NCBI GenBank assembly: GCA_017411835.1
Contig: JAFQPG010000005.1
Location: 52,774 to 116,773 of the forward strand
Source: Ruminococcus sp.
GTDB lineage: Bacteria; Bacillota; Clostridia; Oscillospirales; Acutalibacteraceae
Length of the DNA: 64,000 nucleotides
Direction: 5' to 3'
Positions 9,183-17,159 of this stretch are shown here, piece after piece. Below the pieces are notes generated by a model. The model made no database searches, was not told the origin of the DNA, and worked only from the letters and a program-made list of their open reading frames with translations. Every line of letters starts with the position of its first letter. The stretch's first letter is position 1. The position numbers were made by a program, and so were the translations under genes.

Positions 9183-10451
9183 ATGGAAAATGTTAAAGCA
9201 AAGGTAGAACATAAACTTCACAGAGTACTTCAATATATTACATCTTTTCTAAAATGGGTATTTATTGCGCTTATTACCGGCGCGATTGGAGGAGCAATCG
9301 GCGGTGCTTTTCGTTTTTGTGTTGATTATGCTACAAAAGTGCGCAATGCTCACGACTTTTTGATATTCTTTCTGCCGGTTGGCGGTTTACTGATAGTATT
9401 GCTTTATAAAATTTCAAAGCTTAAGTCTGATGCGGACACTAATCTTGTTATCAAATCTATACGCAGTGATGCAAAGGTTCCGATGTTGTTAGCGCCTGTG
9501 ATTTTTTTAAGCACGATTATTACACATCTGCTCGGTGGTTCTGCAGGTCGAGAGGGCGCAGCGTTGCAGCTTGGCGGATGTATAGGTGAGCAGGTCGGCG
9601 ACCTATTTAAGCTTGATGAAAAGGATATGCACATCTGTATGCTTTGTGGAATGAGCGGCCTTTTCGCGGCACTTTTCGGCACTCCGATTACCGCAACTAT
9701 ATTTGCGATGGAGGTTATCTCAGTCGGCATTTTTTACTACAGCGCGTTTGTGCCATGCCTTGTATCGTCGCTGATATCCTTTTCTATTACCCGATTGATG
9801 GGCTTAGAGCCTGTTGTATATAAGCTAAACCAAGCGCCGAAGATCGAAATGTGGTCTGTAATCAAGGTTGCAATCATCGGTATCGGATGCGCAATTTTAG
9901 GCATTGTATTTTGTCTTGCTTTAAGATTTACTGGCAAACTTGCTAAAAAGGTATTTAAAAATGAGTATTTAAGAATTTTTGTCGGCGGTGTTGTTATTGT
10001 ATTGCTCACCTTGATTTTTGGTACAAGATACAACGGCATCGGTGAAAATATTATCCATAGTGCGCTTAGCTACGGTGATATCAACTGGTACGATTCGCTT
10101 TTGAAAATTGCGTTTACCGCGATTACTATCGGATTTGGTTTTAAGGGTGGCGAGATAATACCAACGCTGTTTATCGGAGCAACCTTTGGTAGTGTTTTAG
10201 GCTCGTTTTTAGGACTTGATCCTGCGTTTGCGGCAGCAGTCGGTATGGTCGCGCTTTTCTGTGCGGTGGTTAACTGTCCGATGGCATCGTTTGCACTTTG
10301 TGTTGAGCTATTTATTGGTGGCTCGATTGTGCATTTTGCAGTAGCGATTGCAGTAAGCTTTATGCTGTCGGGATACTACGGACTGTACTCGGGACAAAAA
10401 ATCGTTTACTCAAAACGCAGGGCTCGTTTTGTTGACAGAAATGCAAAGTAA
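9183..10451 (+). CDS. CLC chloride/fluoride channel family protein (CLC-F-like signature)
   Basis: Multi-TM; GSAGREGAALQ and GFKGGEIIPT motifs; DTNLVI in place of GSGIP. Confidence 0.88.
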   Translation: MENVKAKVEHKLHRVLQYITSFLKWVFIALITGAIGGAIGGAFRFCVDYATKVRNAHDFLIFFLPVGGLLIVLLYKISKLKSDADTNLVIKSIRSDAKVPMLLAPVIFLSTIITHLLGGSAGREGAALQLGGCIGEQVGDLFKLDEKDMHICMLCGMSGLFAALFGTPITATIFAMEVISVGIFYYSAFVPCLVSSLISFSITRLMGLEPVVYKLNQAPKIEMWSVIKVAIIGIGCAILGIVFCLALRFTGKLAKKVFKNEYLRIFVGGVVIVLLTLIFGTRYNGIGENIIHSALSYGDINWYDSLLKIAFTAITIGFGFKGGEIIPTLFIGATFGSVLGSFLGLDPAFAAAVGMVALFCAVVNCPMASFALCVELFIGGSIVHFAVAIAVSFMLSGYYGLYSGQKIVYSKRRARFVDRNAK

Positions 10452-10467
10452 ATATATCTACATATAA

Positions 10468-10497
10468 AAAAAGGCACAGCTTGTACTGTGCCTTTTT
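10468..10497. terminator. Bidirectional intrinsic terminator
   Basis: AAAAAGGCACAG-cttgta-CTGTGCCTTTTT. Confidence 0.88.
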
Positions 10498-10500
10498 ATT

Positions 10501-11448
10501 TTAGCTTACTACGTTTTTTGGAGTGCCGTTTATAAAGTTTTCAATATTATCGCAGACAATGTTGATTAAACGGATGCGGGTTTCTATCGGTGCCCACGCA
10601 ATGTGCGGTGAGATGAGCAGATTTTTTGTTTTTGGTAGCACGCTTTCTTTGCTCATAGGCTCTACAGATAGAACATCAACACCGGCACCACCTAGGTGCT
10701 CGCTTTCGAGCGCTTCTTTTAAATCTTCTTCTACCATAACTCCACCGCGTGCTGTGTTTACAAAAAACGCACCCTTTTTCATTTTAGAAAAAGTTTCTTT
10801 GTTAAACATCTCTTTTGAGTCGTCATTAAGCGGACAATGGACGGTCACGATATCACTTTCCTTTAAAAGGGTATCAAAGTCGACAAACTCGACGCCATCA
10901 AAGCTCTTTTTTGAGCGATTAAACGCGAGCACTTTCATAGAAAACGCCAAAGCGATTTTAGCAACCGCCTGACCGATAGCGCCAAAGCCGACAATACCGA
11001 TAGTTTTACAGCATAGCTCGTTTAACGGGAAAACAAAAGGCGAGAAGGTAGAAGCGGTCTGCCAGCCGCCGTTGTGACAAAACTCGTTGTATTTAGACAT
11101 ACTTGTGTAATGCTCTAAAATCATCGCAAAGGTTTGCTGTGCGACAGCGTTTGTAGAGTAGCTACCAGCATTGCAAACGGTGATAGAGTGTGCTTTGCAG
11201 TAGTCGATGTCGATATTATTATAGCCTGTTGCAAAAAGGCCGATGTATTTAAGATTTTTTGCATCCTTCATATTTTCACTGTTGAGTACGGTTTTGTTGC
11301 ATATAACAGCGTCAGCATCGCAAATGCGCTGAGAAATTTGTGACGGGGAAGTCAGATTATATGTAACAACCTCGCCGAATTGCTCGAGAGGTTTTAGCGA
11401 TACATCGCCGTTTGTAACAGTTTGTGCGTCAAGAATTACAATTTTCAT
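10501..11448 (-). CDS. D-2-hydroxyacid dehydrogenase (glycerate dehydrogenase-like)
   Basis: GLFATGYNNID, GIVGFGAIG, VHCPL, VNTARGG, DVLSVEP, SPHIAW motifs. Confidence 0.93.
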   Translation of the reverse strand: MKIVILDAQTVTNGDVSLKPLEQFGEVVTYNLTSPSQISQRICDADAVICNKTVLNSENMKDAKNLKYIGLFATGYNNIDIDYCKAHSITVCNAGSYSTNAVAQQTFAMILEHYTSMSKYNEFCHNGGWQTASTFSPFVFPLNELCCKTIGIVGFGAIGQAVAKIALAFSMKVLAFNRSKKSFDGVEFVDFDTLLKESDIVTVHCPLNDDSKEMFNKETFSKMKKGAFFVNTARGGVMVEEDLKEALESEHLGGAGVDVLSVEPMSKESVLPKTKNLLISPHIAWAPIETRIRLINIVCDNIENFINGTPKNVVS

Positions 11449-11504
11449 ATTTCACCTGCAAGTATTTTTTTACTATTATATTATTATGGGATAAAAATTG
11501 CAAA

Positions 11505-12761
11505 TCACAGGTACTCAAGATACACCTCAAGAAAACACAGATAGGTTTCAGCAGGGTGTGAATAGCTGATAAGTGAGTTGCTGTAGTCAAATGACATGCT
11601 TGCATCAGGGTTGTCCATACCAAGCATGATGTAGTTTTTCAGCACCTCAAATTCAGTATCGTCAGAGCCTAAAAATATCAGTCCGTTTGAGATGATATTC
11701 TCTTCATTTAGTACGTGTGCAAACATGGTCATATATTCGTAAACGCTCATTTTAAGCCCTGCGATTTCGTACTTTGTGTCGTAGTAGTCCTTTATTGTGG
11801 GAGCAAGCTCATTTGCACTTGATAAAAACTCATTTTTCTTTTCTTCGCCGTTGTAGGTGATAAAATCTCTTTTTCGATATTCTAAATATTTTTGTTTGAC
11901 CTTTTGAAGCTTTTCTTCATATAAAGGGTCTGTTTCAGCTGTGAAGAACGTAATGGTTGTGCCGTATTTTGTAAAGCCCCAGCTTTCAAGCGGGATATAA
12001 GCAATGAAATCTTCAGGGTTTACAAAGTTGAAAATGCCCGAATATTTATCGCTTGTTGCAGTTTCGTTTGTGGTGGTGTTTGGGGTTGCAAAGGTGTAGG
12101 CATATACATTTTCTTTCGAGTAGGTATCTATCAGGTCTTTTGCAAAAAGATTTGCAACCGCCGCTCCGCGTGAATGACCTGTTATTAAAAACTTGCAGTG
12201 GTCTTTATCAACGGCGTAATTTGCCATATACATATCAAGCTTTTTATGTGCAAACTCATTTGCTTTTGAAAAGCCTTCGTGCACCTTTGTGACATTTACG
12301 CTTTTACCGATATCAAAATTCGAGTACCATTCTTTTGCAAATGTTCCTCTAAAAACAACCGCAACAACGGTTGTGTCTTCGATTTTACGCGATGCAATCG
12401 CTATGCCGACGGCATTTTCGTCGTAGTCGTCCGAGTAGTTAAATTTTGCTTTATGCTCAAAGCCAAGCGCCTCGAGATTTTTGTGCACGCTATCGCATTT
12501 GTAGGCTGATGATGAGAGCACAATCGATGCTTTTGCAAGCGAAGGCGAAAGGGTTTGGGGTGGGGTGAAAAATTCAGTTTCATCAAGCACCAACGTGTAG
12601 GGATATGTGCTTGTGTCCCCGTTTGTGCATAAAGGGGTGGTTATTAAATCAACCGTAAAGCTTTTAGTTTGAGTTTGACAAGATGTTAGCATTAGCATTC
12701 CTCCGATAGTTATTATTGTCAAAAATATCAGGCTTATTAATTTACGCATAATATCACGCAC
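11505..12761 (-). CDS. Lipase class 3 family lipoprotein
   Basis: Lipobox LTSC; VVFRGT, VHEGF, ITGHSRGAA nucleophile elbow, YTFATP, VNPEDFI. Confidence 0.88.
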   Translation of the reverse strand: MRDIMRKLISLIFLTIITIGGMLMLTSCQTQTKSFTVDLITTPLCTNGDTSTYPYTLVLDETEFFTPPQTLSPSLAKASIVLSSSAYKCDSVHKNLEALGFEHKAKFNYSDDYDENAVGIAIASRKIEDTTVVAVVFRGTFAKEWYSNFDIGKSVNVTKVHEGFSKANEFAHKKLDMYMANYAVDKDHCKFLITGHSRGAAVANLFAKDLIDTYSKENVYAYTFATPNTTTNETATSDKYSGIFNFVNPEDFIAYIPLESWGFTKYGTTITFFTAETDPLYEEKLQKVKQKYLEYRKRDFITYNGEEKKNEFLSSANELAPTIKDYYDTKYEIAGLKMSVYEYMTMFAHVLNEENIISNGLIFLGSDDTEFEVLKNYIMLGMDNPDASMSFDYSNSLISYSHPAETYLCFLEVYLEYL

Positions 12762-12792
12762 CTTACATATAAAAAGGGTTACAATTTTGTTG

Positions 12793-12820
12793 TTGACACT
12801 ATATCATTTGATGTTATAAT
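12793..12820 (+). promoter_or_regulatory. Sigma-A promoter
   Basis: TTGACA-N16-TATAAT upstream of the lipoprotein gene. Confidence 0.8.
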
Positions 12821-12869
12821 TTATTTTGTGGTACAATATATGTACCCTCAGATAAAGGAGATATACAAT

Positions 12870-13499
12870 ATGCAGAACTTCACTTTAATTAAAAGATTTG
12901 CCTCACTATTATTAGCAATAATTCTTGTGTTATCCTGCACAGTTATTTTTGCCGGCTGTAATGATAATAAGCTTCCTGATGGTTTAGAGGTTTATAATTA
13001 TGATAAGGATGGACAGCCTACAGGTTATTATAAGAACGAATATGATGATGCAGGCAACTGTGTAAAGAACGAAAACTACAACTCTGAAGGTGAGTTGCTT
13101 GGTTATACTGTTAACGAGTATGACGAAAAAGGAAACAAAACAAAGAGCATCTACTACGATAAGGAAGGTCAGATTCAGGCACAGGCAAAGACTGAATATG
13201 ATGAGAATAACCGCATCATTAAGTACACTGACATTGATGCTGACAATGTAGTACAAAGCTACGTTGTTTACGAGTACAATGAGCTCGGTCTTGATAACAG
13301 AATTTATCGTTACGATGGCGATGGTACTTTGAAGTCATACACAGAGTACGAGTACGACGACAACAAGAACTGCACAAAAATGACAGAGTACACAGGCTCG
13401 GGTGAAATCAAGTATTACATAGTATATGAGCTCGACGAAAACGGCGAGGAGATTTCTTACCGTTATGATGCTGAAGGAAACCTCGTTTCACAAAACTGA
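12870..13499 (+). CDS. Lipoprotein made of ~24-aa YD/RHS-like beta-hairpin repeats
   Basis: RBS AAAGGAG before ATG 12870; lipobox FAGC; repeating (E)YD-x2-GN-x6-Y-x3-G units. Confidence 0.82.
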   Translation: MQNFTLIKRFASLLLAIILVLSCTVIFAGCNDNKLPDGLEVYNYDKDGQPTGYYKNEYDDAGNCVKNENYNSEGELLGYTVNEYDEKGNKTKSIYYDKEGQIQAQAKTEYDENNRIIKYTDIDADNVVQSYVVYEYNELGLDNRIYRYDGDGTLKSYTEYEYDDNKNCTKMTEYTGSGEIKYYIVYELDENGEEISYRYDAEGNLVSQN

Positions 13500-13545
13500 T
13501 AAAAAGCTAAAGGGCAGTCAAACGACTGCTTTTCATAAGGATGAT

Positions 13546-13576
13546 AAAAACCACGATGAATTTCATCGTGGTTTTT
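13546..13576 (+). terminator. Intrinsic terminator
   Basis: Perfect 15-bp inverted repeat AAAAACCACGATGAA-t-TTCATCGTGGTTTTT. Confidence 0.85.
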
Positions 13577-13669
13577 CTTGTGTTTATCTGATAGAACCAG
13601 CATTGCATTTGTATTTACAAATGCTTTTTTGGTGATACCCAAACCCTTTTACAATAAAGCAAAAAAGCA

Positions 13670-13879
13670 AGTTATATTCTGTGCTGACACACAGAGTGAT
13701 ATTTTCACTTTGTGAAAGTTATATTACTCCCTCTGGTTGTAGTGATATTTTATTAGCCCTAAAACTGTTCGTAGGACAATATCACTATGCGAAAGCATAA
13801 TATAACTGCGAAGCAATAAAACTCGCCAAATGTAATGTGGCAAATAAAACTGCGAAACTTCCTTATGAGAAGTCTCGCA
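13670..13879. repeat. Modular nested-palindrome element (REP/BIME-like or structured RNA)
   Basis: Four AGT(T/G)ATATT boxes followed by four complementary AAT(A)(T/A)(C/A)ACT boxes, each separated by a short hairpin. Confidence 0.75.
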
Positions 13880-13919
13880 AAGACTGCCCCTTTTTGTTGG
13901 TACTTATAAGTAAAAATAA

Positions 13920-13945
13920 AAGCCCTCCGATTTTTCGGAGGGCTT
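13920..13945 (-). terminator. mgtE terminator
   Basis: AAGCCCTCCGA-tttt-TCGGAGGGCTT preceded on + by an A-rich run. Confidence 0.85.
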
Positions 13946-13950
13946 AGTTT

Positions 13951-15330
13951 TTATATGCCTAAAATTGATGTTGCTATTTCAAAGTAAATAAATACGCAAA
14001 GTGTATCAACGATGGTGGTGATAACAGGGCTTGCTACGACAGCAGGGTCGAAGCCGATTTTTTTAATCAGCATCGGCAACGCACAGCCCAAAAGCTTTGC
14101 AAAAAAGATAGTTAATATAAGGGTCAGCGATACAACAAGAGCAACGGGTATGGTGATGCTTTCGTTGTGTAGCATTAAGCCGTCTATAAGTAACATCTTA
14201 GCAAAGTTTGCAATAGCGAGCACAACACCGCACAAAAGCGATACACGCGATTCCTTGAACATTACTTTAAGTATATCCTTAAACTCAATCTCCTCAAGCG
14301 AGAGTGAACGGATAATCGTAACTGATGATTGAGCACCCGAGTTACCCGCAGTACCCATCAGCATAGGGATAAACGCGGTGAGTACGATACACGCATCAAG
14401 CTGTGATTCAAACGACGTGATAATCATACCGGTGAAGGTAGCAGAAATCATAAGTATCAAAAGCCAAGGAATACGGCTTTTGAAGATTTCAAACGCACCT
14501 AATTTGTCGTATGGTTTATCGGTTGTCGGCGTGATAGCCGCAACCTTCTGGATATCCTCAGTAGCCTCTTCTTCCATAACGTCGATAGCATCGTCGACGG
14601 TGACGATACCGACAAGACGGTTTTCTTTATCAACAACAGGAACAGCAAGGAAGTTGTACTTATTAAAAACCTGAACAACGTTTTCCTGGTCGTCCAGGGT
14701 GTTGACTGAGATGACGTTTGTTTCCATAAGGTCTTCGATAGTGTCGTCCTCGTCAGCAAGCAAAAGACTTTTGATGGTGACAATACCGATAAGTCTTGAC
14801 TGCTCGTCTGCAACGTAGCAGGTGTAGATAGTCTCTTTATCAATACCGGTACGTCTGATTCGTTTTATCGCTTCCTCGACCGTCATTTTCGGTCTAAGTC
14901 TGACAAACTCGGTTGTCATAATCGAGCCGGCACAGTCTTCAGGATATTTTAAGATTTCATTGATTTGTTTTCTGACGTCAGGGTCAGCCTGACGCAAAAT
15001 ACGCTTGACGACATTTGCAGGCATTTCCTCAATAATGTCAACGGCGTCGTCGACATACAGCTCGTCAATGACTTCTTTGAGCTCTGTATCAGAAAAGCCG
15101 TGAATTAAAAGCTCTTGAGTGTCCTCGTCCATTTCGACAAAAGCTTCGGCTGCAAGCTCTTTTGGTAAAAGTCTGAACAGCACCGCAGTTTTTTCGTCCT
15201 GAATGTCTTCAAACACACCGGCTATATCAACAGGGTTCATAGTTGAGAGTATGTCCCTTAATGTCGCGTATCTTTTATTTTCGAGCAATGTTACAATAGT
15301 CTCGAAAAGAGTGACTGTATTCCTTTCCAT
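13951..15330 (-). CDS. mgtE: Magnesium transporter MgtE
   Basis: MgtE N domain (MNPVDIA...), tandem CBS domains, RIPWLLILM, FIPMLMGTAGNSGAQS, DPAVVASPVITTIVD. Confidence 0.97.
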   Translation of the reverse strand: MERNTVTLFETIVTLLENKRYATLRDILSTMNPVDIAGVFEDIQDEKTAVLFRLLPKELAAEAFVEMDEDTQELLIHGFSDTELKEVIDELYVDDAVDIIEEMPANVVKRILRQADPDVRKQINEILKYPEDCAGSIMTTEFVRLRPKMTVEEAIKRIRRTGIDKETIYTCYVADEQSRLIGIVTIKSLLLADEDDTIEDLMETNVISVNTLDDQENVVQVFNKYNFLAVPVVDKENRLVGIVTVDDAIDVMEEEATEDIQKVAAITPTTDKPYDKLGAFEIFKSRIPWLLILMISATFTGMIITSFESQLDACIVLTAFIPMLMGTAGNSGAQSSVTIIRSLSLEEIEFKDILKVMFKESRVSLLCGVVLAIANFAKMLLIDGLMLHNESITIPVALVVSLTLILTIFFAKLLGCALPMLIKKIGFDPAVVASPVITTIVDTLCVFIYFEIATSILGI

Positions 15331-15385
15331 AAATTTATCCTCCTAATTTTATTTAGGCGGAAGTAGAAGACAGCCCTTTAGAGTA

Positions 15386-15478
15386 TCAAAGATGAAAACA
15401 GACGGTGTTACGTACTAACTGACTGTTTTCGATTGTACTTCGCCCCAAAGGGTTGCCGGCAGTACTTCCAGCGTCCAT
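15386..15478 (-). CDS. Putative mgtE leader peptide (30 aa, MDAGSTAGNPLGRSTIENSQLVRNTVCFHL)
   Basis: Translated by hand; AAAGAGG upstream of the ATG; lies wholly within the ~200-nt mgtE leader and overlaps alternative pairings. Confidence 0.5.
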   Translation of the reverse strand: MDAGSTAGNPLGRSTIENSQLVRNTVCFHL

Positions 15479-15535
15479 TTAAATCTCGCCTCTTTCATAG
15501 TTTAGTCCGATGCTTTTAAAACACCAGCACATTTA

Positions 15536-15564
15536 ATTTTATACTATCAAATTATATAAGTCAA
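15536..15564 (-). promoter_or_regulatory. Putative sigma-A promoter of the mgtE leader
   Basis: TTGACT-N17-TAAATT on the minus strand. Confidence 0.55.
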
Positions 15565-15648
15565 CCTTACATTCACAAAAAATTAAGACATTTTCTCTTG
15601 ATTTTGGTGCTCATTTTGAGTATAATTAGTTGACTAATAAATTAGGAG

Positions 15649-16260
15649 ATGAAAATGATGGAAGATTCTTTCGAGAAAAAGCTTAAAGAGTTTTTACCAT
15701 ATATAATTATTATTGGAGCTGTTTATCTGCTCGCGCCTGTGCTGTTGGTACTTACTAAAAGTGCAGGAGTGCTTAACCAGATTATTTATATCGGAGTATT
15801 TCCGCTTACTGCACTTGCTTGCGGTACATACTACGGATACAAAAAGGAAAACGACTTTTTCCTTTCTTTAGTGGCTCCGATTATTTATATTCCGAGTATG
15901 CTTATTTACGGAAACCTCAGAGATTCTGTTTTAAACAGCCTGATTTTCCTTATATCATATTTTATATGCGGATATATCGGACTTACTATCGGCGATATGC
16001 TAAAAGGTAAAAATTCCGGCTCCTCTGATGCAAAAGAAAAAGCAGACAGAACCCACAGCAGAAAAAGAGTTCCACGTAGAGTAAAAACTGTTGACGAAAG
16101 AAAGTCAAGAACAGAAATTATAATGGAAGAAAACGACATCGAAATGCCACAAAGCTTTGATACTCACGAGCACATCGGCGAGGTTGAAACAACCTTCGAC
16201 ACCACAGCAGACGATATCGACTCTATCCTTGCTGAAATTCACAGCAGACGTGAAGAATAA
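15649..16260 (+). CDS. Hypothetical membrane protein (about 4 TM helices plus a charged cytoplasmic tail)
   Basis: Hydrophobic N-terminal 120 aa, basic then acidic tail; own terminator at 16265-16292. Confidence 0.75.
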   Translation: MKMMEDSFEKKLKEFLPYIIIIGAVYLLAPVLLVLTKSAGVLNQIIYIGVFPLTALACGTYYGYKKENDFFLSLVAPIIYIPSMLIYGNLRDSVLNSLIFLISYFICGYIGLTIGDMLKGKNSGSSDAKEKADRTHSRKRVPRRVKTVDERKSRTEIIMEENDIEMPQSFDTHEHIGEVETTFDTTADDIDSILAEIHSRREE

Positions 16261-16264
16261 AACT

Positions 16265-16352
16265 AAAACGGCTTGCAAACGCAAGCCGTTTTTTAGTATA
16301 AGTAAAGCATAAAACAAACAACAAAAAGGGGCAACCAAAACGGTTGCCCCTT
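16265..16352. terminator. Two terminators of convergent genes
   Basis: AAAACGGCTTGC/GCAAGCCGTTTT and AAGGGGCAACC/GGTTGCCCCTT stems. Confidence 0.85.
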
Positions 16353-16373
16353 AAGTTTGCGTATAATTTTAAA

Positions 16374-16718
16374 TTACTCGCAGAAGAATACGTCCATGCC
16401 TGTTGTTTCACCGTCAGCAACGATGTAAGCTTTTGACTCTTCTGGCTTAACATATACTGTGTAAGCCTTCTTGCCCTTTACAACCTTCTTAACGTTCTTC
16501 TCGATGTCAGCAACTGCTACTGTAGCGCCGCCGAACTGGATGTAGAGGTCAACCTTAGCAGTTGTCTTCTTTGCAGGAGCTTTCTTAGCAGGAGCCTTCT
16601 TCTCAGCTGTAGCCTTTGGAGCAGCAGCCTTTTTAGCTGTTGTAGCCTTTGGAGCAGCAGCCTTCTTAGTTGTTGTCTTTTTCTCTGTTGTAGTTGTTGT
16701 TTTCTTTGTTGTAGCCAT
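16374..16718 (-). CDS. DUF6465-like protein with a histone H1-like Lys/Ala/Thr/Pro-rich N-terminus
   Basis: KKAAAPKAT x2 and KKAPAKKAPAKK repeats; C-terminal VYVKPEESKAY motif; RBS GAAAGAAGGA. Confidence 0.8.
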   Translation of the reverse strand: MATTKKTTTTTEKKTTTKKAAAPKATTAKKAAAPKATAEKKAPAKKAPAKKTTAKVDLYIQFGGATVAVADIEKNVKKVVKGKKAYTVYVKPEESKAYIVADGETTGMDVFFCE

Positions 16719-17159
16719 TTTAATTTCCTTCTTTCAAAATAATTATTTAATAAAACGCGTGAAAACAAATTTACTGCAAACTTTTCGTTTGCATAATAAT
16801 TATATTATTTTACTTTTTTAAAAGCAAACCATTATAGGTAAATTTGACTTATTGACTAAACAAAACGATTTTTATCTGTTTTTTTAGATATTTATGACAA
16901 GGAAAAATTCACTTTTTTTGTAGAATGCCCTTTTTTTGTCTAGCATATTTACTAAAATTATCTTCAATGTATTGTGCAAAAAATATAGAAAACGACTTTT
17001 TTCTGTACGAATTGCCCTACAAATTACTCTTTAAAATGTATATTTTTACTACATAGGGATTATGCTACAGTTGTTAAGATTTTTATGCTGTGGTATAATA
17101 TCAAAGTACGAGTTATAGGACAGTGAAAATCAGCTTTAAAGCTTAGGTGGGGCGAATTT

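Noticed and set aside
12870-13499. RHS/YD polymorphic toxin
   Set aside because: Too short, with no RHS core, cleavage motif, toxin domain or immunity gene
13670-13879. CRISPR array interpretation of the repeated boxes
   Set aside because: The repeats are only 9 nt, invert halfway through and are separated by hairpins rather than unique spacers; no cas genes are present
15331-15530. M-box (ykoK) riboswitch expected upstream of mgtE
   Set aside because: The conserved M-box sequence blocks were not recognisable; reported instead as a candidate new leader. A cmscan run is needed to exclude it formally
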